Below are positions 29,969 to 38,896 of a stretch of DNA of 64,000 nucleotides, piece by piece (the stretch's first letter is position 1; each line of letters starts with the position of its first letter). Source of the stretch: a candidate division WWE3 bacterium GW2011_GWB1_41_6 (GTDB taxonomy: Bacteria; Patescibacteriota; WWE3; UBA101185; UBA10185); NCBI GenBank assembly GCA_000997355.1, contig LCBS01000001.1:5191-69190 (forward strand), read 5' to 3'. The translations under genes and the position numbers were made by a program. The notes under the pieces were generated by a model, which was given only the letters and a program-made list of their open reading frames with translations, was not told the origin of the DNA and searched no databases.

Positions 29969-30694
29969 GTGAAAATGAAGTACTTAGATCAAAAAGGCTT
30001 TTCACCTATCCTAATGGTATTATTAGTGGGCCTTGTGTTCGCGTCTTCTATGGCTTTAACCAAAGTCATGAAAGATAACAGCAACCCCAGCGCTACAGCA
30101 GGATCAGGTGGTAAAGGAAACGGAGCGCCAAGCGGTCCTCACTTTAATCTTAATATTATCGGCGTCCCCAAAGCTAAAACAACCGACATGACCGGAGGCG
30201 GAAGAATATTTGTTCCTCTTCAGGGAAAGTGTCAAATCAACCTAACTGAAAGTGCTGATACCAGTATGTATGTTACTGACGCTAACTGTACCGACGGAAA
30301 AGGCGGATTCCAACTCCCCAACCCCGACCCCGAAAATGACGGGATTACCGAATATTCGGTTTGGGTAAGAGCCAGAGGTAAGCCGGGAGGCTCATCATCA
30401 ACTACCGCATGCGGAGAGTTATATGATGAAGTTACAATGACCACCTCAACATACTGCTCAGTTTATAAAACAGTGGCGGTAAGAGATAAGGGTAAGGGTA
30501 ATTTTGCCGATGTCAGCAGAGAACTGCTTTATGTTTATGTTGACCTGACCGGTCCGGAGGGAGTACCCGACGGAGTACCCGAAAGATATAATTTGTTCAG
30601 CGACGCTTTGCAGAACTATTTCTGGGATTATGATAACAACGGCTTAAAGCTGTTACAAATGAGATTCTATCAGGTTCCAAGCGTTGTAGAATAG
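29969..30694 (+). CDS. signal-anchored secreted hypothetical protein
   Basis: N-terminal TM helix; Gly/Cys-containing beta-rich body. Confidence 0.45.
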   Translation: MKMKYLDQKGFSPILMVLLVGLVFASSMALTKVMKDNSNPSATAGSGGKGNGAPSGPHFNLNIIGVPKAKTTDMTGGGRIFVPLQGKCQINLTESADTSMYVTDANCTDGKGGFQLPNPDPENDGITEYSVWVRARGKPGGSSSTTACGELYDEVTMTTSTYCSVYKTVAVRDKGKGNFADVSRELLYVYVDLTGPEGVPDGVPERYNLFSDALQNYFWDYDNNGLKLLQMRFYQVPSVVE

Positions 30695-30710
30695 GTCAAA
30701 GATATCGAGT

Positions 30711-30750
30711 TAAAAAAGACCGGGCGTAATGTCCGGTCTTTTTGGTTTTT
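30711..30750 (+). terminator. rho-independent terminator
   Basis: agaccgggc gtaat gtccggtct hairpin followed by TTTTT. Confidence 0.5.
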
Positions 30751-30845
30751 AAATACCAAGCGTTTCAAAACAGTTGTTTACACATCTATTACGCATTCTT
30801 AATCATATACTAATAAAATGTGATAAGAATTGAATTACGTTAAAT

Positions 30846-31487
30846 ATGAACGGCGAAGATGAAAGAAGAATATTCGAAAACCGGTCAGCGGCCGGAAAGG
30901 AGCTGGCAGGAGAACTATACAAAAAACAATACAATGACCCGTATATTCTCGCACTCCCTCGCGGTGGAGTGCCTGTAGCGAGTGAAATTGCGTCTGTTCT
31001 AAAATCCCCAATCAACGTGATAATTTCCCGGAAAATTGGGGCTCCCGGTAATCCCGAATTTGCAGTTGGAGCGATTGCGGAGGGAGACGTTCTAATACTT
31101 AATAAGGAGGCAATACAACTTCACGGTTTTCCGGAAGACAAAATAAACGAGATCGCTGCCAAAGAGATTCAGGAAATGGAACGGCGTATATCTATGTACC
31201 GGAATAACGAATCCCTGCCAAGTCTTCGGAATCGAACTGTTGTTTTGGTTGATGACGGCGTGGCTACAGGCATTACCGCTCTAGCTGCTATAAAATCCAT
31301 CAGGAACTTTGGGGCGGATAAGATAATATTTGCAGCACCCGTATGTTCGTACGAATCATCCGAGCTGCTGAAAGAGCATGTGGATGACTTGATTTATCTT
31401 ATTAAACCTATGTATATGTTAGCGATCGGGCAGTATTATCAAAGCTTTGAACAAGTAACGGATGAGGTGGTGGTGGAACTTTTATGA
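30846..31487 (+). CDS. type I phosphoribosyltransferase-domain protein
   Basis: PRPP-binding loop VVLVDDGVATGIT. Confidence 0.6.
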   Translation: MNGEDERRIFENRSAAGKELAGELYKKQYNDPYILALPRGGVPVASEIASVLKSPINVIISRKIGAPGNPEFAVGAIAEGDVLILNKEAIQLHGFPEDKINEIAAKEIQEMERRISMYRNNESLPSLRNRTVVLVDDGVATGITALAAIKSIRNFGADKIIFAAPVCSYESSELLKEHVDDLIYLIKPMYMLAIGQYYQSFEQVTDEVVVELL

Positions 31488-31532
31488 GAGACTAGGTGAG
31501 ATCAGCCGCACACCTGCAACCGAACCTTAGTA

Positions 31533-32873
31533 TTATTTACTTTTGTGTATGGGAAGGTTGAAATAAAAAGTGGATCCTTTGCCTTTGGCGCTTTCGACCC
31601 ACATTGTGCCCCCGTGGTTCTTAATAATTTCATGAGATACGTATAAACCTACGCCTAACCCTGAAAAACTATTCTCGACTTCTTTTACTCTGTAATACTT
31701 TTCAAATATCTTGTTGTGCATATTCTTGTCGATTCCGATCCCAAAATCTTTCACTGAAATGGTTACATAATCACTATCCTTTACAACATCGACAATAATA
31801 TCTTTTGATTTCGGGGAGTATTTGATGGCATTGGTTAGCATGTTGTTAAGAACCTGCTCTATCCTTTGTTTGTCCACCTTTACTTTTACATGGGGTGATG
31901 ACTTTTGTACAATCTTATGTTTTTCCGATGTGGGCTGAACCGAGTAAATACTGCTCTTGATAATACTATCAATATCAACAACTCCCATCTCATACTCTAC
32001 TATGCCTGACTGGATTTTAGAGATATCCAGTAAGTCTCCAATTAATCTGCTAAGTCTATTAGTGTATGTTAAAGCTTTATTTAAGTAAGCATCTCTTTTC
32101 TGTGCGGGTGCTTTTTTAAGCTCACGTTCTAATAGCTGCAAGTTTAATTTAAGACTTGTCAAAGGTGTTTTTAATTCATGGCTGGCTACACTAATAAACT
32201 CGTCTTTTCTTTCTTCTATCATCTTTCTTTCGGTTATATCGTTCCTTATAGCTATGAACTGGAAAGGCCTCCCCTTTTCATCCAGAAACGGCGTTATAGT
32301 AGTAGCAACCCAATAAAAGTTTCCTTCTTTATCTTTGTTCTTTAGTTCCCCATGCCAAACTTTCCCCGATAAGATCGTGTCCCAAAGGTCTTTCATAAAT
32401 ACTTTGGAATGGTATTTGGAATTTATCACCCGGTGCGTCTTACCTATCAACTCCTCACGGGAATACTTGGATATTTCAGTAAACTTTTGATTGACGTGAA
32501 GAATGATACCATCCTTATCCGTAACAGCGACTATTGAGGACTGATCAACGGCATACTTTATATCTGATAATTCTTTAACTATTTGTTCGTAGGTTTTCTT
32601 TGTGCTTGCCCAGTTGTATGGTACATCTTTGTGGTTATGGATAAATTCTTCGGGATCCAAGGGATTTTTGATAACCGTATTCAGATCATTTTCAGTAAAC
32701 TTCCAGACACCCCGGTGTCCTATTTTTATTCCGGGTAAGTATCCTCCCTGCGCCCATCTGCGGACAGTACTGGTACTAACCCCCAGATATTCAGAGGCAG
32801 CTTTTACTCCCATTTTTCTGCTTGTCAGGTTCTCCATTTTATTAGGCATAATAGTCAAATCTACGACCGTCAA
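31533..32873 (-). CDS. histidine kinase with N-terminal MerR/excisionase-type HTH, PAS, HisKA and HATPase domains
   Basis: AASEYLGVSTSTVRRWAQGGYLPGIKIG HTH; H-box SVASHELKTPL; GLGVGLYV; no TM helix. Confidence 0.7.
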   Translation of the reverse strand: MTVVDLTIMPNKMENLTSRKMGVKAASEYLGVSTSTVRRWAQGGYLPGIKIGHRGVWKFTENDLNTVIKNPLDPEEFIHNHKDVPYNWASTKKTYEQIVKELSDIKYAVDQSSIVAVTDKDGIILHVNQKFTEISKYSREELIGKTHRVINSKYHSKVFMKDLWDTILSGKVWHGELKNKDKEGNFYWVATTITPFLDEKGRPFQFIAIRNDITERKMIEERKDEFISVASHELKTPLTSLKLNLQLLERELKKAPAQKRDAYLNKALTYTNRLSRLIGDLLDISKIQSGIVEYEMGVVDIDSIIKSSIYSVQPTSEKHKIVQKSSPHVKVKVDKQRIEQVLNNMLTNAIKYSPKSKDIIVDVVKDSDYVTISVKDFGIGIDKNMHNKIFEKYYRVKEVENSFSGLGVGLYVSHEIIKNHGGTMWVESAKGKGSTFYFNLPIHKSK

Positions 32874-32979
32874 TATTTATATCATACGAAAGTCTCTTAT
32901 CAAAATAAAACAATACGCATTACTTCTAATGGTCGTCTATTGGGGGAAAGTGATTTTCTATTTTAAGGCTCCGGATACG

Positions 32980-34368
32980 TTAGAGGACTGTGATGATAGC
33001 GGGATCTACCATACCCATCGAACATGTGATCTTATATGTTCCGGCTTTAGGCGTAAATTTAAAAGTATTCATTCCGGGTTTTAATGTAACAATACCGGGA
33101 TATAAACCGCGAGCGGAAACTGATTGGCCGCATCCGTAGACTCCACTGTTATAAAACTCCCACACAACCGGTACCCCTGCTTTTAATGTTGCTTTCTTTG
33201 GATAATATTCAAATCCGGCAGCTTCCATTTGCAGGTATTGTATATCATTAGCGGCAATCTGCTTCGATCCGAGAACTTTTTTGTCTACCGATCTTGCCAA
33301 GCTCAAGGGCCTAATCTTAATGTCACTAAGACTTTTAAAACCAAGTAAGTTCAGTTGGGAATTAAGTGTATACAACGCAAAGAATGCTACCAACACACCC
33401 GAAAACAGACTAAACCGTGCCGATGCCTTGGAATTGTTCAATAACTTAACACTCGAAAAACTTATAAGTGCAAGCACCGGCAATGTTCCAAGTACGAACG
33501 CAAGTAACATGATACTGCTGGTAACAAAACTGCCGGAGGCCAAAGCCGAAGTCTGGGCCATTAAAGTAAATCCGCAGGGAAGAAAGAAAGTCAAAGCACC
33601 AACTGTAAAGGGCATATACTTACCTTTGAACTTTGTTTCGTCGGCTACATAATTCGTGAGACTTTTCGGCATACGAAGACGTATCTTCTGAGCCCACCCA
33701 ACACCGATCATTTGCAACCCAAGGGTAAACATTATCAATGAGATGAATATTGCCAGAGCTGCCGTTGATACTTGTGAAAATCTAAAAAAGCTTCCCACAA
33801 CACCGAGTAAACCGCCAAAAACCAAAAACGATAAAATTCTGCCCAGGTTAAACAGTATGAATGGTGTAAAGCTTTTTTTACTGTTACCTCCGTAGATTTC
33901 ATTCCACTGTTTTGATAAAGACAAAAGTAGTCCGCCTACTAAAGCCGCACAGCTCGAAAAACCGGCAGCCAGTCCGAATACAAAAAATGTTGCGTACGAA
34001 GAGGTTTCATTTACCGACATTCTCAGAAATAGCCCTGATCTTTGTATATATAAGAAACTGATAATAAACAGGATAGTAAAAACCGTTATTTTGGCGAAAT
34101 CCTTTGTGTTTAAAGTCTTTTGCGTTATGGGATTTGCCGAGAATGTATAACCGGCATCTTTAAAAGTCTTATTCAAGTGATCTAAACCGGGCACACTCTT
34201 ACTATCTTCCGCCAATATTTCAACTTTACCCGAACCAACCTTGGCACGCACGTCACAAACACCTTTATGTGACGCAACTTCTTTTTCAACAAGAGTCTCG
34301 CAGGAACTGCAGTGCATTCCTTTTATGTAATATGTTCTCTTAAATTTTCCTTGCGAAACGTTTTTCAT
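32980..34368 (-). CDS. HMA-domain / polytopic membrane / C-terminal cupredoxin-like fusion protein
   Basis: N-terminal MHCSSCE heavy-metal-associated motif; ~8 TM helices; C-terminal beta domain ending GTYKITCSMGMV. Confidence 0.5.
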   Translation of the reverse strand: MKNVSQGKFKRTYYIKGMHCSSCETLVEKEVASHKGVCDVRAKVGSGKVEILAEDSKSVPGLDHLNKTFKDAGYTFSANPITQKTLNTKDFAKITVFTILFIISFLYIQRSGLFLRMSVNETSSYATFFVFGLAAGFSSCAALVGGLLLSLSKQWNEIYGGNSKKSFTPFILFNLGRILSFLVFGGLLGVVGSFFRFSQVSTAALAIFISLIMFTLGLQMIGVGWAQKIRLRMPKSLTNYVADETKFKGKYMPFTVGALTFFLPCGFTLMAQTSALASGSFVTSSIMLLAFVLGTLPVLALISFSSVKLLNNSKASARFSLFSGVLVAFFALYTLNSQLNLLGFKSLSDIKIRPLSLARSVDKKVLGSKQIAANDIQYLQMEAAGFEYYPKKATLKAGVPVVWEFYNSGVYGCGQSVSARGLYPGIVTLKPGMNTFKFTPKAGTYKITCSMGMVDPAIITVL

Positions 34369-34430
34369 ATTTAGTTTCGGTTAATTAAAAGCATACCATA
34401 TCGAAAACCATTGTATCAGTTTACTACCGC

Positions 34431-34459
34431 TTGACATTACCTATACCCCGTATTAGTAT
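34431..34459 (+). promoter_or_regulatory. candidate sigma70-type promoter, with a CsoR operator candidate in the spacer
   Basis: TTGACA, then a 17-nt spacer (ttacctataccccgtat), then TAGTAT; the ATG lies 7 nt downstream, so the transcript would be leaderless. Confidence 0.35.
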
Positions 34460-34466
34460 TGCATTT

Positions 34467-34733
34467 ATGGATATCGATAGAACATCAATTTCACATAGAC
34501 TTAAAATAGTTGCCGGACAAATAAACGGTTTGGCTAAGATGATTGAGGAGGATAAGTATTGTATTGATATACTTAATCAATCTCTTGCTGTACAAAAAGC
34601 GTTAAAAGAAGTTGATAAAAAAATCCTGGAAAATCACCTGGACACGTGTGTGGTCGACCAAATGAAAAACGGCGAGGAGGCAAAAGCCCGGGGAGAGTTG
34701 CTAAAGATATTTTCCTTAACCAATAAAAATTAA
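34467..34733 (+). CDS. csoR: copper-sensing repressor, CsoR/RcnR family
   Basis: DUF156 fold with the C ... H ... C triad (YCIDILNQS ... ENHLDTCV); the ATG start is chosen over the TTG at 34431. Confidence 0.65.
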   Translation: MDIDRTSISHRLKIVAGQINGLAKMIEEDKYCIDILNQSLAVQKALKEVDKKILENHLDTCVVDQMKNGEEAKARGELLKIFSLTNKN

Positions 34734-35327
34734 ATGAACGAAAAGAAAGCCCTATACATAATAATTGCCTTACTTTTGATTACAAACGTCATTGTGTTGT
34801 TCTCTTCTTTAGGAAGGAACTTTTCGTACTTCCCGGTGATGGGAACGGGCATGTTGGGTAGATACTTTTACAGCAGTAATAACAACCAATCAGACAGTGA
34901 CTGGAAAAGCCATATGAATGATTTTGACACTTGGGATCAATTGGTACGTCATATGCAGGAGGAGCACTCGGATATATACCACAGAAGTATAAACACTAGT
35001 GTCCCGGCTGTAGAAACCCATAAAAGTACTCATGACTTTGGAAAGGTAAGTAAAAGCAATGGAACTGTCAGCACCGTCTTTGTTTTGGAAAATCATGGTA
35101 AGACTCCGTTGGAATTTTCCAATCTATCTACATCGTGCGGATGTACCACGGCTGAACTTAGCAATTCAATCGTTAATTCTGATGAAACTACTAACCTGAC
35201 TGTGACTTTTGACCCTAATTTCCACGACGAACCGGTCGGACGTTTCAAACGGTCGGTGTTTGTAAAAACCAACGATCCGGCAGTCTCTGAAATGCACTTT
35301 GATATTTTTATAGAAATCATTGATTAA
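34734..35327 (+). CDS. DUF1573-domain protein (membrane-anchored)
   Basis: HDFGKV ... SCGCT ... VTFDP signature. Confidence 0.5.
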   Translation: MNEKKALYIIIALLLITNVIVLFSSLGRNFSYFPVMGTGMLGRYFYSSNNNQSDSDWKSHMNDFDTWDQLVRHMQEEHSDIYHRSINTSVPAVETHKSTHDFGKVSKSNGTVSTVFVLENHGKTPLEFSNLSTSCGCTTAELSNSIVNSDETTNLTVTFDPNFHDEPVGRFKRSVFVKTNDPAVSEMHFDIFIEIID

Positions 35328-35343
35328 ATGAAAGGTTTTAAAA

Positions 35344-35838
35344 ATGAATAATAAGTTCGTTATTTTTATTTCTATAGTTTCCGTTCTAATACTTGGGATA
35401 GGAATTGTCGCTGCAACCAGCAAAACTCCTCCTCAGTTGGAGCAAACCGATGGGGCAAAACTGGAATTCGTTGGAGATAAGACATTTGACTGGGGAATCA
35501 TAGACATAAACGGAGGTATTGTAGAAAAAATATTCACAATTAGAAACGCGGGTGAAACCGATCTACTAATGACGAACGTAAAAACCTCATGTATGTGCAC
35601 GGAAGCACAGGTAATAATTAACGGTGAAGCAAGTCCCGCGTTCCAAATGCACGCGCAGTCGTCATGGAAAGGCACTGTCAAACCGGGCGAAGAAGCACAG
35701 ATCAGAGTAGTATTTGATCCTCTTTTCCATGGACCTACCGGTACGGGACCGATAACGAGGTTAATAGGATTTGATACGAACGATAGAAATAATGCTACGG
35801 GAGAATTAACAGTAACAGCTGTCGTAGCTAAAAAATAA
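35344..35838 (+). CDS. DUF1573-domain protein (membrane-anchored)
   Basis: FDWGII ... TSCMCT ... VVFDPLFHGP. Confidence 0.55.
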   Translation: MNNKFVIFISIVSVLILGIGIVAATSKTPPQLEQTDGAKLEFVGDKTFDWGIIDINGGIVEKIFTIRNAGETDLLMTNVKTSCMCTEAQVIINGEASPAFQMHAQSSWKGTVKPGEEAQIRVVFDPLFHGPTGTGPITRLIGFDTNDRNNATGELTVTAVVAKK

Positions 35839-35842
35839 TTAT

Positions 35843-36829
35843 TTGAAAGAAATTAAAAAAATGGCCGCTCCAAAAATACTAGAAAAACTTTTAGGTGGGA
35901 TTGTTAGGATACACAAAATATCGGTTCCCCTGACGTTGACACTGATATTTACTTTTAACACTACATTGGGCGCGGTATTGATCCAGAACTACTATTATAA
36001 GTTCAAAATTAGAGAGTTAATTGCCTACAAAGAGGCGTTGGATGGGCAGGGTGAGAACTCTCCTGAAAAGATCGCGGAAAGGCTAGCGGGAGACGTGATC
36101 CCTTATGAAGGTGTTGATACCGGAATAAAGTGGGGAGATCTTGGAAAGCGGCTCGTGCAGATAGGCGCAATAGATGAAGAAAAGTTCGCTAAGGCCTTCA
36201 ATTCACCTCTTGATAGTAAAGAGTATCAGAGTGTTTTGAACGGTACGAACGAAGGAACGATCATCATAAATGAAAGTAATTCCCGGTTCGTGCTGGACGT
36301 TCTTTGGGCTTTTGGATTAGCACAAAAGAGCGTAGTTTATAACGAGGGCTACATGGCCGAAAAGGCAGACGAGGTAAAAAATCTCGCCAGTACAGGAGGC
36401 TGGACGTTGGGGACAAAAAAACCAATGGAGATCTACAATAAACACGACCTTATTAGCCTAACCGACGAACAGCACAGCGTGGTCAGAAGAATAGCATCCA
36501 ATATTTACAGACCGTGCTGCAATAACCATACCGCCTTCCCGGACTGCAACCACGGCATGGCTCTTCTTGGCTTAATAGAATTAATGGTCGCCAACGGATA
36601 CTCAGAAGAGAAAATCTACGACTTGTCGCTAAAAGTGAACGCATATTGGTTCCCAAACCAATACCTGACTATTGCCCATTATCTTGAAACAAAGCAGAAT
36701 ATAAAGTGGAAGGATGCTGATCCCAAGATGGTTCTTAACAAATCATATTCAAGCGGATCCGGCTTCAAAAACATTCAGGCACAGGTTGAAGGTTTGCCCG
36801 CACAAGGCGGAGGAAGCTGTGGAGCATAA
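35843..36829 (+). CDS. membrane-anchored Cys/His-rich protein (possible PCYCGC-like metal-binding domain)
   Basis: RPCCNNHTAFPDCNHGMALLG cluster. Confidence 0.35.
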   Translation: MKEIKKMAAPKILEKLLGGIVRIHKISVPLTLTLIFTFNTTLGAVLIQNYYYKFKIRELIAYKEALDGQGENSPEKIAERLAGDVIPYEGVDTGIKWGDLGKRLVQIGAIDEEKFAKAFNSPLDSKEYQSVLNGTNEGTIIINESNSRFVLDVLWAFGLAQKSVVYNEGYMAEKADEVKNLASTGGWTLGTKKPMEIYNKHDLISLTDEQHSVVRRIASNIYRPCCNNHTAFPDCNHGMALLGLIELMVANGYSEEKIYDLSLKVNAYWFPNQYLTIAHYLETKQNIKWKDADPKMVLNKSYSSGSGFKNIQAQVEGLPAQGGGSCGA

Positions 36830-36844
36830 GCCGCGTATAACAAT

Positions 36845-37696
36845 ATGAACGAAGCAATACTTTTTCAAACATCAATAATTGCCGCTTTCCTTGCCGGGAT
36901 GGTCGCACTATTCGCACCATGCTGTGTGTCGTATCTCTTGCCCGCTTATCTTGGATCGGTCTTTAAGGAACGGAAAAGAGTCCTGTTCATGACACTTGTG
37001 TACTCGCTTGGAATCTTTATTGTAATGATCCCGGCAGTGCTGGGAGCAAAGATCATATCTACTATGGTTTTCAGGTATCACTCCCCTATCTATGTTATAG
37101 GCGGTATCGTGATGATAATCGTGGGAATAGTATCTTTGCTTGGGCTCAAGTTACCGATGATAAACCTGAATAAAGAGGGTAAGCAGGGTACGGATGTGGC
37201 CTCGGTTTTCACTCTGGGTGTATTTTCAGGGATCACCAGTTCATGCTGTGCTCCGGTTTTGGCAGGGGTATTGACATTGAGTTTTTTGTCTCCTTCAATA
37301 TGGCAGGCTTTGCTTATCGGGTTCGTCTATGTGCTTGGCATGGTCACCCCTCTGTACATAGGTTCATACTTCCTCGACTCAAAGAAAGTCCTGGGTATGA
37401 CCTTCTTCAAAAAGAAGGTAACTGATCTGAAGATATTGTCTAAAAGTTTTCATATAGTCATGGGTAACCTAATATCATTCTTCATATTCACTATTACGGG
37501 AATCCTAATTATTTACCTGACATTGGCTACGGATTTTTCCATGGCCGAAATGGCAGGAGGTTTTTCCGGTGGTATAAACAATTTCGCCTTGATATTAAAT
37601 AGAATACCCTACGCCGAATACATTTTCGGGGGTTTGATACTTCTATTTGCAGGGCTGATACTTAAGCATGCACTTTCAACAAAAGATGAAAGTTGA
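36845..37696 (+). CDS. CcdA/DsbD-family thiol-disulfide membrane protein
   Basis: FAPCCVSYLLP in TM1 and SSCCAPVLAG in TM4. Confidence 0.5.
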   Translation: MNEAILFQTSIIAAFLAGMVALFAPCCVSYLLPAYLGSVFKERKRVLFMTLVYSLGIFIVMIPAVLGAKIISTMVFRYHSPIYVIGGIVMIIVGIVSLLGLKLPMINLNKEGKQGTDVASVFTLGVFSGITSSCCAPVLAGVLTLSFLSPSIWQALLIGFVYVLGMVTPLYIGSYFLDSKKVLGMTFFKKKVTDLKILSKSFHIVMGNLISFFIFTITGILIIYLTLATDFSMAEMAGGFSGGINNFALILNRIPYAEYIFGGLILLFAGLILKHALSTKDES

Positions 37697-38126
37697 ATAC
37701 TTAACGACGATCCCATATTTCATCATCGGGAGTTCCTCACTGCTACTGCTGTACATAGGAGTAATGAGGTTAAGTACGGGAAGTATGTCCGTGACGGTGA
37801 GTCAATTCAACTACTACTTGCCCTGGATCGTTGCGTTATCGGGAGGGTTTGGGCTGCAAGCCGCACTTTATAAATTAACAAAGATAATGCAAAAGGGCAT
37901 AGCGGACGCCGGTAAAATTGCAAAAACAACAGGCGTCACAAGTTCGGTAACAATGATAGCTTGCTGTGTACATCACGCGGCAGATGTTATACCTATTTTG
38001 GGTCTATCTGCAGCGGCGGCGTTTCTGGGTGTGTATACTAAGGAACTTTTTGCTGTTGGAATATTATTCAATATATTTGGTATTGTTTATATGCTAAAAA
38101 ATTTACGGGGGTTAAAAAATGCGTAA
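37668..38126 (+). CDS. small polytopic membrane protein with an intramembrane CCxHH motif
   Basis: TMIACCVHHAADVIPILG. Confidence 0.4.
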   Translation: MHFQQKMKVEYLTTIPYFIIGSSSLLLLYIGVMRLSTGSMSVTVSQFNYYLPWIVALSGGFGLQAALYKLTKIMQKGIADAGKIAKTTGVTSSVTMIACCVHHAADVIPILGLSAAAAFLGVYTKELFAVGILFNIFGIVYMLKNLRGLKNA

Positions 38127-38538
38127 AATAGAACTTTTAACAGGAATTATATCTTTGCTGTTACTGGCTATTCTGGTGATAGTGCTGATAGATCCCTTCT
38201 CCGGTTCGACGGATACGGAAGGGGCAAAAGGTGTCTTCGAAACGCAAACCGTAAGTATGGGTGACATACAGATAGAGATCACCCCCAAAAGTCTTTCGGA
38301 CTACCGTGTGACTTTCAATACACATGTTGTTGAACTTGATTATGACTTTATGGAATTGTTCACACTGACTGATGATAAAGGAAACGAAATGAAACCAATC
38401 AAATGGACCGGAGGGCGTGGTGGCCATCACTTATCGGGAATACTTCTATTCAATGTATTGCGCGATGATACAAAAAACGTAATTTTAAAATTAGGTAAAA
38501 TAGAAGATAATGAACGAAGTTTTAAATGGGAGAAGTAA
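38119..38538 (+). CDS. membrane-anchored extracytoplasmic hypothetical protein
   Basis: TM helix plus a ~110-aa soluble domain with GGRGGHH. Confidence 0.4.
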   Translation: MRKIELLTGIISLLLLAILVIVLIDPFSGSTDTEGAKGVFETQTVSMGDIQIEITPKSLSDYRVTFNTHVVELDYDFMELFTLTDDKGNEMKPIKWTGGRGGHHLSGILLFNVLRDDTKNVILKLGKIEDNERSFKWEK

Positions 38539-38541
38539 TAT

Positions 38542-38892
38542 ATGATCGTTAATGTAATTGTAATTATTTTAATAATCGGGACTTATGTGTTCTTTTTTAT
38601 GAAAAAGGAGAGTAAGGCCGTTGCTGTGGGAAATCAGGTTGAAATAATGGTTTCTGGAGGTTATAAACCTGATGTGATCAGGGTAAAAAAAGGAAGTCCG
38701 GTCACATTGAAGTTCAACCGCAAAGATCCTTCCTCTTGCCTTGAAGAACTTGTCATACCGGATTTCGGCAAGAACATAAAATTGGCACTTGGAGAAATAA
38801 CAAGTGTTGAGATTACACCTAGTGAGCCGGGCGAATTTCAGTTCCACTGTGGTATGAATATGTACCACGGCCGGATTTTAGTGGAGAATTAA
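38542..38892 (+). CDS. cupredoxin-like copper-binding protein (membrane-anchored)
   Basis: [18 protein letters not shown] matches the type-1 copper-site pattern. Confidence 0.55.
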   Translation: MIVNVIVIILIIGTYVFFFMKKESKAVAVGNQVEIMVSGGYKPDVIRVKKGSPVTLKFNRKDPSSCLEELVIPDFGKNIKLALGEITSVEITPSEPGEFQFHCGMNMYHGRILVEN

Positions 38893-38896
38893 TAAT

